A stretch of 64,000 nucleotides of DNA from Escherichia coli (lineage in GTDB: Bacteria > Pseudomonadota > Gammaproteobacteria > Enterobacterales > Enterobacteriaceae): assembly GCF_048403405.1 (NCBI RefSeq), contig NZ_CP183129.1. One strand, written 5' to 3'. The position numbers were made by a program, and so were the translations under genes. This document shows positions 10,331 through 20,402 of the stretch, in pieces. Numbering within the stretch: position 1 is the first letter of the stretch; every line of letters starts with the position of its first letter. Below the pieces are notes generated by a model. The model did no database searches. It worked only from the letters and a program-made list of their open reading frames with translations, and was not told where the DNA came from.

Positions 10331-11838
10331 TGGCAATTCTTGATGATGTGATTGGCGTTTTTTCACCAGGATGGAAAGCGGCAAGGCTGCGTTCCCGGGC
10401 GGTGATCCAGGCTTATGAGGCCGTAAAAACGACGCGGACACACAAAGCCCGGCGGGAAAACCGAACTGCCGACCAGTTAAGCCTCTACGGGGCCGTGTCG
10501 TTACGTGAGCAGGCCCGTTACCTTGATAACAACCACGATCTGGTCATTGGTGTATTTGACAAGCTGGAAGAACGGGTGGTGGGGAAAAACGGGATTATTG
10601 TCGAGCCACATCCGGTATTACGCAATGGGGCCATTGCCCGTGATCTGGCAGCGGAGATACGCACCCGATGGAGTGAATGGTCTGTCAGTCCGGAAGTTAC
10701 CGGGCAGTTTACCCGTCCGATGCTGGAACGTCTGATGCTGCGTACCTGGCTGCGCGATGGTGAGGTGTTTGCCCAGATGGTTTCCGGGCGCATAAACAGC
10801 CTGACGCCTTCTGCCGGTGTTCATTTCTGGCTGGAGGCACTCGAGCCAGACTTTATTCCCATGACCAGTGATGAGAGCAACAGGCTGAATCAGGGCGTGT
10901 TTGTTGATGACTGGGGGCGTCCCGAAAAATATCTGGTGTATAAAAGTCGTCCTGTATCCGGACGGCAGATGGAAACCAAAGAAGTGGATGCAGAGCGAAT
11001 GCTGCATCTTAAATTTGTTCGCCGTCTGCACCAGATGCGCGGGACGTCTTTATTGTCCGGTGTGCTGATCCGCCTCAGTGCCCTGAAAGAATATGAAGAT
11101 TCTGAGCTGACTGCAGCAAGGATCGCTGCTGCTCTGGGGATGTACATCCGCAAAGGCGACGGACAGAGCTATGAAACGGATGGTAATGACAGCAAGGAGA
11201 ATGAACGCGAGCTTACCATTCAGCCAGGCATTATTTACGACGATCTGAAACCCGGCGAAGAAATCGGAATGGTGAAGTCGGATCGCCCCAATCCTAACCT
11301 TGAAACTTTTCGTAATGGTCAGTTGCGTGCCGTGGCGGCGGGCAGTCGTCTGAGTTTTTCCAGTACAGCGCGCAACTATAACGGCACTTACAGCGCCCAG
11401 CGTCAGGAGCTGGTTGAATCCACTGATGGCTACCTGATCCTGCAGGACTGGTTTATTGGTGCCGTCACCCGCCCGATGTATCGTGCCTGGCTGAAACAGG
11501 CTGTGGCATCCGGTGTTATCAGGCTACCCCGCGATCTTGACCGTTCTTCACTGTATACCGCGGTGTATTCCGGACCGGTGATGCCGTGGATTGACCCTGT
11601 TAAGGAGGCTGAGGCCTGGAAAATTCAGATTCGTGGTGGAGCGGCGACAGAATCAGACTGGGTACGTGCAGGTGGTCGTAATCCGGATGATGTCAAACGT
11701 CGGCGCAAGGCAGAAATTGATGAAAACCGCAAGCTGGATCTGGTATTTGATACCGATCCGGCCAGTGATAAAGGAGGCAGCAGTGCCGCAACGAAACGAC
11801 AGGAGCCGCAGCACACCGACGACCAGTCCGAAGAATAA
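10330..11838 (+). CDS. portal protein (lambda gpB-like)
   Basis: 502 aa from MAILDD...; size and position; start chosen at first Met after the gpW-like stop. Confidence 0.85.
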   Translation: MAILDDVIGVFSPGWKAARLRSRAVIQAYEAVKTTRTHKARRENRTADQLSLYGAVSLREQARYLDNNHDLVIGVFDKLEERVVGKNGIIVEPHPVLRNGAIARDLAAEIRTRWSEWSVSPEVTGQFTRPMLERLMLRTWLRDGEVFAQMVSGRINSLTPSAGVHFWLEALEPDFIPMTSDESNRLNQGVFVDDWGRPEKYLVYKSRPVSGRQMETKEVDAERMLHLKFVRRLHQMRGTSLLSGVLIRLSALKEYEDSELTAARIAAALGMYIRKGDGQSYETDGNDSKENERELTIQPGIIYDDLKPGEEIGMVKSDRPNPNLETFRNGQLRAVAAGSRLSFSSTARNYNGTYSAQRQELVESTDGYLILQDWFIGAVTRPMYRAWLKQAVASGVIRLPRDLDRSSLYTAVYSGPVMPWIDPVKEAEAWKIQIRGGAATESDWVRAGGRNPDDVKRRRKAEIDENRKLDLVFDTDPASDKGGSSAATKRQEPQHTDDQSEE

Positions 11839-13810
11839 TTCCTGGTTCAGGATGCAGGCTGGTCACCAGAGTGACGCGGATATTTATATTTATGACGAGA
11901 TTGGTTTCTGGGGTGTTACAGCGAAGCAGTTTATCAGTGATCTGAATGCACTGGGCGATATCACCCACATTAATCTCCATATCAATTCACCGGGTGGCGA
12001 TGTCTTTGAAGGCATCGCCATTTTTAATGCGCTGAAAACACATGGTGCGTCCATTACCGTTTATGTCGACGGTGTGGCGGCGTCAATGGCGTCGGTCATT
12101 GCGATGGTGGGAAACCCGGTCATTATGCCGGAAAACACCTTCATGATGATTCATAAACCATTTGGCTTTACGGGCGGTGATGCGGAGGACATGCGCACCT
12201 ATGCCGACCTGCTCGATAAGGTTGAGGCGGTTCTGTTACCCGCTTATGCACAGAAAACCGGGAAAACCACCGATGAAATTGCTGCCATGCTGGCGGATGA
12301 GACCTGGATGTCCGGTGCCGAATGTCTGGCACATGGATTTGCTGATCAGGTGACGCCAGCCGTTAAGGCAATGGCATGTATTCAGTCAAAACGTACAGAG
12401 GAATTTAAAAAGATGCCGGAATCCATTCGAAACATGATTACTCCGCCACGCAACAGTGCTCCACGCGTACAGGATGATGAACCTGCAGCCTCCCGGACGC
12501 CAGTGCAGGCAGCAGCACCCGTGGTGGATGAAAACAGTATCCGTGCGCAGGTACTGGCAGAGCAAAAAGCGCGTGTAAACGGTATTAATGATCTGTTTGC
12601 CATGTTTGGCGGGCGTTATCAGACGCTGCAGGCTCAGTGTCTTGCCGATCCTGAGTGTTCGCTGGAGCAGGCCCGCGAAAAGCTGTTGAACGAGATGGGG
12701 CGCGAGTCCACGCCATCCAATAAAAATACACCGGCTCATATTTATGCTGGTAACGGTAATTTTGTGGGGGACGGGATCCGCCAGGCGCTGATGGCGCGTG
12801 CCGGATTTGAAAAAACCGAACGTGATAATGTCTACAACGGGATGACCCTGCGTGAATATGCCCGTATGTCACTGACTGAACGGGGTATTGGGGTTTCCGG
12901 TTATAACCCGATGCAGATGGTCGGTGCGGCGTTCACCCACAGTACGTCTGACTTCGGTAATATTCTGCTGGATGTTGCGAACAAAGCCATTCTGCAGGGC
13001 TGGGAAGATGCTCCTGAAACCTATGAACAATGGACGCGGAAAGGTCAGTTGTCTGATTTTAAAATTGCCCATCGTGTGGGTATGGGGGGCTTCAGTGCTC
13101 TGCGTCAGGTGCGTGAAGGGGCGGAATATAAATACGTCACCACCGGAGATAAACAGGCCACTATTGCACTGGCGACCTATGGCGAGCTGTTCAGTATCAC
13201 CCGTCAGGCCATTATCAATGATGATCTGAATATGCTGACCGATGTCCCGATGAAACTGGGCCGTGCGGCGAAATCCACTATTGCCGATCTGGTTTATGCC
13301 ATTCTGACGTCTAACCCGAAAATCTCCACAGATAATGTAAGTCTGTTCGATAAAGCGAAACATGCAAACGTACTGGAGAGCGCTGCAATGGACGTGGCAT
13401 CGCTGGATAAAGCCCGCCAGTTGATGCGCGTTCAGAAAGAGGGGGAGCGTCATCTGAATATTCGTCCTGCGTTCGTACTGGTACCGACGGCGATGGAGTC
13501 TGTTGCTAACCAGGTCATTCGCTCCTCAAGTGTCAAGGGGGCTGACATTAACGCCGGTATTATTAACCCGGTGAAAGATTTTGCGACCGTTATTGCAGAG
13601 CCTCGTCTTGATGATAACAGCCAGACCACCTTCTACCTGGCTGCGTCAAAAGGCTCCGATACGATTGAAGTGGCTTATCTCAACGGTGTGGATACGCCAT
13701 ATATTGATCAGATGGAGGGCTTCAGTGTGGATGGCGTGACAACGAAAGTGCGTATTGACGCCGGTGTCGCGCCAGTTGATCACCGCGGTCTGGTGAAATG
13801 TACGGCGTAA
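11783..13810 (+). CDS. prohead protease (ClpP/S49-like) fused in one frame to the major capsid protein
   Basis: GTG start after AAGGAGG; N-terminal ClpP-like region (IYIYDEIGFWG...HINSPGGDVFEG...); C-terminal ~330 aa capsid-like; no separate capsid gene downstream. Confidence 0.8.
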   Translation: MPQRNDRSRSTPTTSPKNNSWFRMQAGHQSDADIYIYDEIGFWGVTAKQFISDLNALGDITHINLHINSPGGDVFEGIAIFNALKTHGASITVYVDGVAASMASVIAMVGNPVIMPENTFMMIHKPFGFTGGDAEDMRTYADLLDKVEAVLLPAYAQKTGKTTDEIAAMLADETWMSGAECLAHGFADQVTPAVKAMACIQSKRTEEFKKMPESIRNMITPPRNSAPRVQDDEPAASRTPVQAAAPVVDENSIRAQVLAEQKARVNGINDLFAMFGGRYQTLQAQCLADPECSLEQAREKLLNEMGRESTPSNKNTPAHIYAGNGNFVGDGIRQALMARAGFEKTERDNVYNGMTLREYARMSLTERGIGVSGYNPMQMVGAAFTHSTSDFGNILLDVANKAILQGWEDAPETYEQWTRKGQLSDFKIAHRVGMGGFSALRQVREGAEYKYVTTGDKQATIALATYGELFSITRQAIINDDLNMLTDVPMKLGRAAKSTIADLVYAILTSNPKISTDNVSLFDKAKHANVLESAAMDVASLDKARQLMRVQKEGERHLNIRPAFVLVPTAMESVANQVIRSSSVKGADINAGIINPVKDFATVIAEPRLDDNSQTTFYLAASKGSDTIEVAYLNGVDTPYIDQMEGFSVDGVTTKVRIDAGVAPVDHRGLVKCTA

Positions 13811-13896
13811 ACGTCGCAGACAACAACTCTGATGGCCCGTAAGGGCTTTTTTTGTACCTGAAATCAGCCCCTGAACGGGGCTGTGCGGAGACAGTT

Positions 13897-14220
13897 ATGG
13901 CAAAGAATTTTGTAGAAGAAGGAAAAACGGTGGCGATTGTTGCCAGTGCAGCCATCAGCAGCGGAGAGCTGGTGCAGGTGGGTGATGTTTTTGCGGTGGC
14001 GCTGACCGATATTCCACAGGGTGAAACAGGCGACGGCATGACCGAAGGTGTGTTTATGCTGCCTAAGCTGAAAACGGATGACATGAAAACGGGTAAGAAG
14101 GTTTATCTGAAGTCCGGAAAAGTTCAGCTGACTAACAGCGGCTCTGATCCGCTGGTCGGGGTTGTCTGGGCAGATGCCGGAACCAGTGCAGAAGAAGTGC
14201 CGGTAAAACTCAATGTCTGA
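13897..14220 (+). CDS. small head-associated protein (possible decoration/completion protein)
   Basis: 107 aa from MAKNFVEEGK...; position right after the capsid gene. Confidence 0.5.
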   Translation: MAKNFVEEGKTVAIVASAAISSGELVQVGDVFAVALTDIPQGETGDGMTEGVFMLPKLKTDDMKTGKKVYLKSGKVQLTNSGSDPLVGVVWADAGTSAEEVPVKLNV

Positions 14221-14488
14221 TCCCTTTTCCCGGCTGGCAGCGCGTATGGATGCGATCACGGTCAGAAAGATGGGAAAGACAGCCTCGATTAATGATGTCG
14301 ATATGACTGTGATCCCGGGAGAAACACTGGCAGAGCTGAATGCTCTGTCCGGACCTGCGGTCTCTCTGGTGGTGTTTTCTTCGGGATACCGCCCACGGCG
14401 CGGGGATCGCGTTGTTTATGACGGACAACAATGGACGGTCACACGGCATGAACGCTTTAACGGTAAGCCAATGATCTTTATTGAGTAA
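14213..14488 (+). CDS. head-tail connector/head completion protein
   Basis: 91 aa; position between head and tail modules. Confidence 0.5.
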   Translation: MSDPFSRLAARMDAITVRKMGKTASINDVDMTVIPGETLAELNALSGPAVSLVVFSSGYRPRRGDRVVYDGQQWTVTRHERFNGKPMIFIE

Positions 14489-14499
14489 AGAGGTGTGGG

Positions 14500-15090
14500 A
14501 TGAAGGGGCTTGAGAATGCCATCCGCAATCTGAACAGCCTTGATACCCGTATGGTGCCACAGGCCAGCGCATGGGCGATAAACCGTGTGGCACAGAAAGC
14601 GGTCTCGGTTGCCACCCGGCAGGTTGCCGGGAATATCGTTGCGGGAGATAACCAGGTGAAAGGGATCCCCCTGAAACTGGTACGTCAGCGTGTCCGGGTG
14701 TTTAAAGCCAGTCCGTCAGGAAAAATGACGGCCAGGATCCGCGTTAACCGGGGCAATCTGCCCGCCATCAAACTGAACACAACACGGCGGCGTGCTGGTG
14801 AAGGACTGAGAGTGGGAAAATACTTTTTCCGGGGGGCATTTGTTCAGCAACTGGCGAATGGCCGCTGGCATGTTCTGAGGCGTCTTCCTGAAGCGCGTTT
14901 TGCAACAGGGCATGACCATCAGGGCAGGCCAAGAAAAAATCGTCTTCCTGTGGAGGTAGTGAAAATCCCGCTGTCCGGACCGCTGACACAGGCATTTGAA
15001 GATGCCCGCGACCACATCATTGCTGCGGAAATGCCGAAACAGCTGGGGTATGCACTGAAACAACAACTGAGGTTATGGCTGACCCGATGA
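14500..15090 (+). CDS. minor tail protein, gpZ-like
   Basis: 196 aa, basic; position corresponds to lambda Z. Confidence 0.55.
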   Translation: MKGLENAIRNLNSLDTRMVPQASAWAINRVAQKAVSVATRQVAGNIVAGDNQVKGIPLKLVRQRVRVFKASPSGKMTARIRVNRGNLPAIKLNTTRRRAGEGLRVGKYFFRGAFVQQLANGRWHVLRRLPEARFATGHDHQGRPRKNRLPVEVVKIPLSGPLTQAFEDARDHIIAAEMPKQLGYALKQQLRLWLTR

Positions 15091-15488
15091 ACCGACATAC
15101 ACAAATCCGCCAGGTCGTACTGGCACGCCTTCGGGAACAGTGTGGAGACAGCGCCACGTTTTTTGACGGGCTTCCGGCATTTATTGATGCGCAGGAACTG
15201 CCTGCCGTGGCGGTGTGGCTGAGTGATGCTCAGTACACCGGAAAAATGACGGATGAAGATGACTGGCAGGCTGTTCTGCATATTGCCGTCTTCATCCGGG
15301 CACAGGCACCGGATTCAGAGCTGGATATGTGGATGGAGAGCACCATTTTTCCGGCCCTGAATGATGTACCGGCACTTTCCGGACTCATCGACACCCTGAA
15401 CCCACTCGGTTTTAACTATCAACGTGATAATGAGATGGCCACCTGGGCGATGGCGGAAATCACGTACCAGATCACGTACACGAATTAA
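15075..15488 (+). CDS. tail terminator, gpU-like
   Basis: 137 aa; position immediately before the major tail gene. Confidence 0.55.
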   Translation: MADPMNRHTQIRQVVLARLREQCGDSATFFDGLPAFIDAQELPAVAVWLSDAQYTGKMTDEDDWQAVLHIAVFIRAQAPDSELDMWMESTIFPALNDVPALSGLIDTLNPLGFNYQRDNEMATWAMAEITYQITYTN

Positions 15489-15498
15489 GGAGGTGGTA

Positions 15499-16242
15499 AT
15501 GACCACACCAAATCCACTGGCAAAGACGAAAGGTGCGGGGACGACGTTCTGGATGTATACCGGCAACGGCGATGCGTTTGCGAACCCTTTGTCGGACACT
15601 GACTGGCTGCGTCTTGCGATGGTGAAGGATCTGCAACCTGGCGAAATGACCGCTGATGCAGAAGATGACACTTATCTCGATGATGAAGATGCAGACTGGA
15701 AAACGACAACCCAGGGGCAGAAATCCGTTGGTGATACTTCGGCGACGCTGGCCTGGCGTCCGGGTGACAGCGGGCAGAAAAAACTGGTTCAGTTGTTCGA
15801 CTCCGGTGAAGTCTGCGCGTTTCGTATCAAATATCCCAACGGCACTGTTGATGTTTTCCGTGGCTGGCTGAGCTCACTGGGTAAAACCATTGCCTCAAAA
15901 GACGTGATGACCCGCACTGTGAAAATCAGCGGTGTGGGGCGTCCGTATCTGGCAGAGGAAGGCACTGAAACCGTGAGCGTTACCGGGCTGACAGTATCAC
16001 CGGCGTCTGCCAGTGTAAAAGTGGGAGCAACCACCACGCTGACCTTTACAGTAAAACCTGACGGAGCCAGTGACAAAGCGATCAGTGTGCATTCGTCAGA
16101 TCCACAGACTGCCACGGTTACCCTGAACGGACTTGTGGCCACGGTAAAAGGCGTGAAGCAGGGCAGTGTCAGCATTGTGGGCATGACCGCTGACGGGAAT
16201 TTTGTGGCTGTGACTGCGGTGACTGTCAGCGCAGCAGGTTAA
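15499..16242 (+). CDS. major tail protein (gpV-like) with C-terminal Ig-like domain
   Basis: 247 aa after AAGGAGG; C-terminal Big_2-like repeat (VTGLTVSPASASVKVGATTTLTFTVKP...). Confidence 0.8.
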   Translation: MTTPNPLAKTKGAGTTFWMYTGNGDAFANPLSDTDWLRLAMVKDLQPGEMTADAEDDTYLDDEDADWKTTTQGQKSVGDTSATLAWRPGDSGQKKLVQLFDSGEVCAFRIKYPNGTVDVFRGWLSSLGKTIASKDVMTRTVKISGVGRPYLAEEGTETVSVTGLTVSPASASVKVGATTTLTFTVKPDGASDKAISVHSSDPQTATVTLNGLVATVKGVKQGSVSIVGMTADGNFVAVTAVTVSAAG

Positions 16243-16299
16243 CAGGACGATACTCATCATTTGCCCCGGTTATGCGGGGCTTTTTTGCAGGTGGAGAAC

Positions 16300-16689
16300 A
16301 TGATGTTTCTGAAACAGGACACGTTTAATTATGAAAAACAGTCCGTGGTGCTCAGTGAGCTGTCCGGGCTGCAGAGAATTGAATATCTGACGTTTGTTCA
16401 GCAGCGAACGGCAAAGTTTGATGCCGTGGAGGGAGAACTGCCGGAGGCTGAACGACAGATTGCTTTTCTGCGGATGGGGATGGATATCAATGCCTGGCTG
16501 GTTTCCCGCTCACTGTGGAATGCGGATCAGTCTAAGGATGTAGAGACGCTTTGCGCATCCGTTATTACAACATGGTCGTATGATGCCCTGGGTGCGGGGG
16601 CGGAGATGGTTCTGTCGCTGAGCGGTATGGGGGCCATTGATAATGCCGTGGATGATGAGCATGAGGCGCTGACGCCGGAAAAGTCCTGA
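16300..16689 (+). CDS. tail assembly chaperone gpG
   Basis: MFLKQDTF...SELSGLQRIEYL... parallels lambda gpG (MFLKTESF...SELSALQRIEHL). Confidence 0.75.
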   Translation: MMFLKQDTFNYEKQSVVLSELSGLQRIEYLTFVQQRTAKFDAVEGELPEAERQIAFLRMGMDINAWLVSRSLWNADQSKDVETLCASVITTWSYDALGAGAEMVLSLSGMGAIDNAVDDEHEALTPEKS

Positions 16690-17027
16690 CGCGGGAAATG
16701 CAGTTTGTCATGCGGCTTGCCCGGGAGTTCCGGCGGGCAGACTGGCGGCGGATGCTGTCGGAAATGTCGGCCACTGAGCTTGGTGAGTGGGGCGATTATT
16801 TCCGGATGCAGAGCTTCAGTGATGTGTGGATGGATGCGCAGTTTGCCTCGCTGAAGGCATTGATCGTGAGAATGGTGTCCGGCAGCAGTGATGCTGCGGT
16901 GGCTGATTTCAGCCTTTTACCGGAAGAGAACGGGATACCGGAGCGAACGGACGAAGAACTGATGCATCTTGGGGAAGGTATTTCCGGAGGTGTGCGTTAT
17001 GGACCAGATAGCCAACCTGGTCATTGA
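16665..17027 (+). CDS. gpT reading frame, expected to be expressed as a G-T fusion by -1 programmed frameshift
   Basis: Frame -1 relative to G is open from 16665 and overlaps the G 3-prime end; conserved lambdoid G/T arrangement. Confidence 0.6.
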   Translation, partial: GADAGKVLTREMQFVMRLAREFRRADWRRMLSEMSATELGEWGDYFRMQSFSDVWMDAQFASLKALIVRMVSGSSDAAVADFSLLPEENGIPERTDEELMHLGEGISGGVRYGPDSQPGH

Positions 17028-20000
17028 TTTGGGGATTGATGCGGCAGAGTTTAAAAATGAAATTCCCCGTATCAAAAACCTTCTGAATGGTGCAGCCAGC
17101 GATGCAGAACGGTCTTCTGCCCGTATGCAGCGTTTTATGGAGCGTCAGACTCAGGCCGCCCGGCAGACAACGCAGGCAGCTTCTTCGGCTGCAACAGCCG
17201 CATCCGTCCATGCGCAGACGGTGGAGAAGAACGCACAGGCTCATGAACGCATGGCCCGCGAGGTGGAGAAAACCCGCCAGCGCATGGAGGCACTGAGCCA
17301 GAAAATGCGCGAGGAACAGGCGCAGGCCATCGCTCTGGCGGAGGCTCAGGATAAAGCGGCTGCTGCGTTTTATCGTCAGATTGACAGTGTGAAACAGGCC
17401 AGTGCGGGGCTGCAGGAATTACAGCGTATTCAGCAGCAGATCCGACAGGCCAGAAACAGTGGCGGGATTGGTCAGCAGGATTATCTGGCGCTGATTTCTG
17501 AGGTTACGGCGAAAACCCGTGTTCTTACGCAGGCTGAGGCAGAGGCTACCCGACAGAAAGTGGCGTTTATCCGTCAGCTTAAAGAGCAGGCAACCCGCCA
17601 GAATCTTTCTTCTTCTGAGTTGCTTCGTGCCAGGGCTGCCCAGCTGGGGGTAAGCAGTGCTGCAGAAGTGTATATCCGCAAAATGGAGCGGGCAGGAAAA
17701 GCCACGCATTCGCTGGGTCTGAAAAGTGCAGCGGCCCGCCAGGAGATAGGCGTTCTGATAGGTGAACTGGCCCGCGGCAATTTAGGGGCGCTGAGGGGAT
17801 CCGGGATAACGCTGGCTAACCGTGCCGGATGGATAGACACACTGATGTCACCGAAAGGCATGATGCTGGGCGGGGTTATTGGCGGTATTACCGCGGCCGT
17901 CTATGGTCTGGGTAAAGCCTGGTATGACGGTCAGAAGGAGGGGGAAGAATTTAACCGCCAGCTGTCGCTGACGGGGCATTATGCCGGAGTCACTGCCGGG
18001 CAACTGTGGACGCTCAGTCGTGCTATTTCCGGGAATGGTATCACGCAACATGCTGCAGCCGGTGCGCTGGCTCAGGTGGTGGGGAGTGGTGCATTTCGTG
18101 GAAACGATATCGGTATGGTGGCGAGAGCTGCCGCACAGATGGAGCGATCGGTTGGCCAGTCGGTCAGCGATACCATAAATCAGTTTAAGCGGCTGAAGGA
18201 TGATCCTGTAAATGCCGCGAAGTCTCTGGACAATGAGCTGCATTTTCTTACTGCCACTCAGCTTGAGCAGATACGCGTCCTTGGAGAGCAGGGGCGGTCC
18301 AGTGATGCGGCACGGATAGCCATGTCTGCACTGGCAGAGGAAACCGGTCGGCGTACTGCGGATATTGATAATAACCTCAATGCGCTGGGCAGTACGCTGC
18401 AAACTTTGTCTGACTGGTGGAAGCAGTTCTGGGATGCGGCCATGAATATTGGTCGTGAAGATTCGCTGGATGCGCAGATTGCCACTTTGCAGGAGAAAGT
18501 GTCGCGGGCGAAAAGACTCCCCTGGACGGCATCATCTTCTCAGGTTGAATACGATCAGCAGCGTCTTAACGATCTTCAGGAGAAAAAACGCCAGAAGGAT
18601 TTGCAGGATGCAAAAGAGCAGGCAGAGCGGAATTATCAGGAGCAACAGAAACGCCGTAATGCTGAAAATGCTGCACTGAACCGGATGAATGAAACGGAAG
18701 CTGCACGACATCAGCGTGAAATTGCGCGTATTAATGCCATGCAGTACGCCGATCAGGCTGTCAGGGATGCGGCGATACAACGTGAAAATGAACGTTACGA
18801 GAAAGCCCTGGCATCCGGTAAGAAAAAAACACGCGAAACCCGTAATGATGAGGCCACCCGGTTATTGCTGCAGTACAGTCAGCAACAGGCACAGGTGGAA
18901 GGACAGATTGCTGCTGCCAGACAGTCAGCAGGCATTGCCACGGAAAGGATGACAGAAGCGCATAAACAGCTCCTGGCTCTGCAGCAGCGCATCAGCGACC
19001 TGGACGGGAAAAAACTGACGGCAGATGAAAAGAGTGTGCTGGCCCGTAAAGATGAACTGATTCAGGCACTGACGCTGCTGGATGTAAAACAGCAGGAGCT
19101 TCAGAAACAGACGGCACTCAACGAGCTGAAGAAAAAAACAATTCAGCTGACCAGTCAACTGGCTGAAGAAGAGCGCGCTCAGCGTCAGCAACATGACCTG
19201 GATATCGCCACGGTGGGTATGGGTGATCAGCAGCGACAGCGATATCAGGTACAACTGAGTCTTCGCCAGAAATACCAGCAACAGCTGGAGCAGTTGAGGC
19301 GGGATAGTGAGCAGAAAGGGACATATAACACGGATGACTACAGAAAGGCCGAGCAGGCGCTGACGGAGAGCCTGAACCGACAACTGAATGAGAATCGCCG
19401 TTACTGGCAACAGCTTGAAGTTGTGCAGGGTAACTGGAAAAACGGAGTCCTGCGTGCATTTCAGGATTTTACCGTGGATGCAGATAATACGGCAGAAACA
19501 GCAGAACAGGTGTTCTCGTCAGCCTTCAGCAACATGGGAAATGGCCTGGCAACTTTTGTCACTACCGGCAAACTCAATTTCAAATCCTTCACCTCTTCTG
19601 TGCTGTCAGATATGGCGAAAATCCTGGCGCAGGCAACCATGATGAAATCGATAAAAGGGATTGGCAGTGTACTGGGATTTGATCTCAGCAGCCTTTCCCT
19701 GAATGCCAATGGGGGGATTTATCAGTCTGCTGATTTGAGTCGTTACAGTGGCACGGTGGTTAACCGTCCGACGTTTTTTGCTTTTGCAAAAGGCGCGGGT
19801 GTGATGGGGGAAGCGGGACCTGAAGCCATTCTGCCATTGCGTCGTGGTGCTGACGGTAAGCTGGGGGTTGTGGCGGATATTGGGGGTTCAGGTATGGCGA
19901 TGTTTTCCCCGCAGTACAACATCGAGATCAATAACGATGGCACGAACGGGCAGATAGGTCCGGCTGCCCTGAAGGCGGTTTATGACCTCGGGAAAAAAGC

Positions 20001-20064
20001 GGCAGCGGACTTTATGCAACAGCAGGCCCGTGATGGTGGTCGGTTAAGTGGAGCATATCGGTAA
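16999..20064 (+). CDS. tail tape-measure protein (gpH-like)
   Basis: about 1020 aa, long coiled-coil Ala/Gln/Arg-rich middle; position. Confidence 0.9.
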   Translation: MDQIANLVIDLGIDAAEFKNEIPRIKNLLNGAASDAERSSARMQRFMERQTQAARQTTQAASSAATAASVHAQTVEKNAQAHERMAREVEKTRQRMEALSQKMREEQAQAIALAEAQDKAAAAFYRQIDSVKQASAGLQELQRIQQQIRQARNSGGIGQQDYLALISEVTAKTRVLTQAEAEATRQKVAFIRQLKEQATRQNLSSSELLRARAAQLGVSSAAEVYIRKMERAGKATHSLGLKSAAARQEIGVLIGELARGNLGALRGSGITLANRAGWIDTLMSPKGMMLGGVIGGITAAVYGLGKAWYDGQKEGEEFNRQLSLTGHYAGVTAGQLWTLSRAISGNGITQHAAAGALAQVVGSGAFRGNDIGMVARAAAQMERSVGQSVSDTINQFKRLKDDPVNAAKSLDNELHFLTATQLEQIRVLGEQGRSSDAARIAMSALAEETGRRTADIDNNLNALGSTLQTLSDWWKQFWDAAMNIGREDSLDAQIATLQEKVSRAKRLPWTASSSQVEYDQQRLNDLQEKKRQKDLQDAKEQAERNYQEQQKRRNAENAALNRMNETEAARHQREIARINAMQYADQAVRDAAIQRENERYEKALASGKKKTRETRNDEATRLLLQYSQQQAQVEGQIAAARQSAGIATERMTEAHKQLLALQQRISDLDGKKLTADEKSVLARKDELIQALTLLDVKQQELQKQTALNELKKKTIQLTSQLAEEERAQRQQHDLDIATVGMGDQQRQRYQVQLSLRQKYQQQLEQLRRDSEQKGTYNTDDYRKAEQALTESLNRQLNENRRYWQQLEVVQGNWKNGVLRAFQDFTVDADNTAETAEQVFSSAFSNMGNGLATFVTTGKLNFKSFTSSVLSDMAKILAQATMMKSIKGIGSVLGFDLSSLSLNANGGIYQSADLSRYSGTVVNRPTFFAFAKGAGVMGEAGPEAILPLRRGADGKLGVVADIGGSGMAMFSPQYNIEINNDGTNGQIGPAALKAVYDLGKKAAADFMQQQARDGGRLSGAYR

Positions 20065-20393
20065 TGGAGACGTTTCACTGGAAAGTGCGCCCGGATATGA
20101 ATGTGGTATCAGAGCCGAAAGTGGTGACAGTGAAGCTGGGCGATGGTTATGAACAGCGTCGTGCGGCGGGACTGAATAACCAGTTGTCGACTTACAGCGT
20201 GACGATACGTGTTCGTAAATGTGAACACCCATCTTTAAAAGCCTTTCTGGAACGGCACGGTGGCGTCCGTGCATTTCAGTGGACGCCACCTTATGACTGG
20301 AAACCGATCAGGGTGGTTTGTCGTAAATGGTCGGCAAGCGTGGGGGCGCTGTGGGTAACCATAACGGCAGATTTTGAACAGGTCGTGGCATAG
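20064..20393 (+). CDS. minor tail protein M
   Basis: 109 aa; size and position as lambda M. Confidence 0.85.
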   Translation: METFHWKVRPDMNVVSEPKVVTVKLGDGYEQRRAAGLNNQLSTYSVTIRVRKCEHPSLKAFLERHGGVRAFQWTPPYDWKPIRVVCRKWSASVGALWVTITADFEQVVA

Positions 20394-20402
20394 GAGGCTC
20401 TG

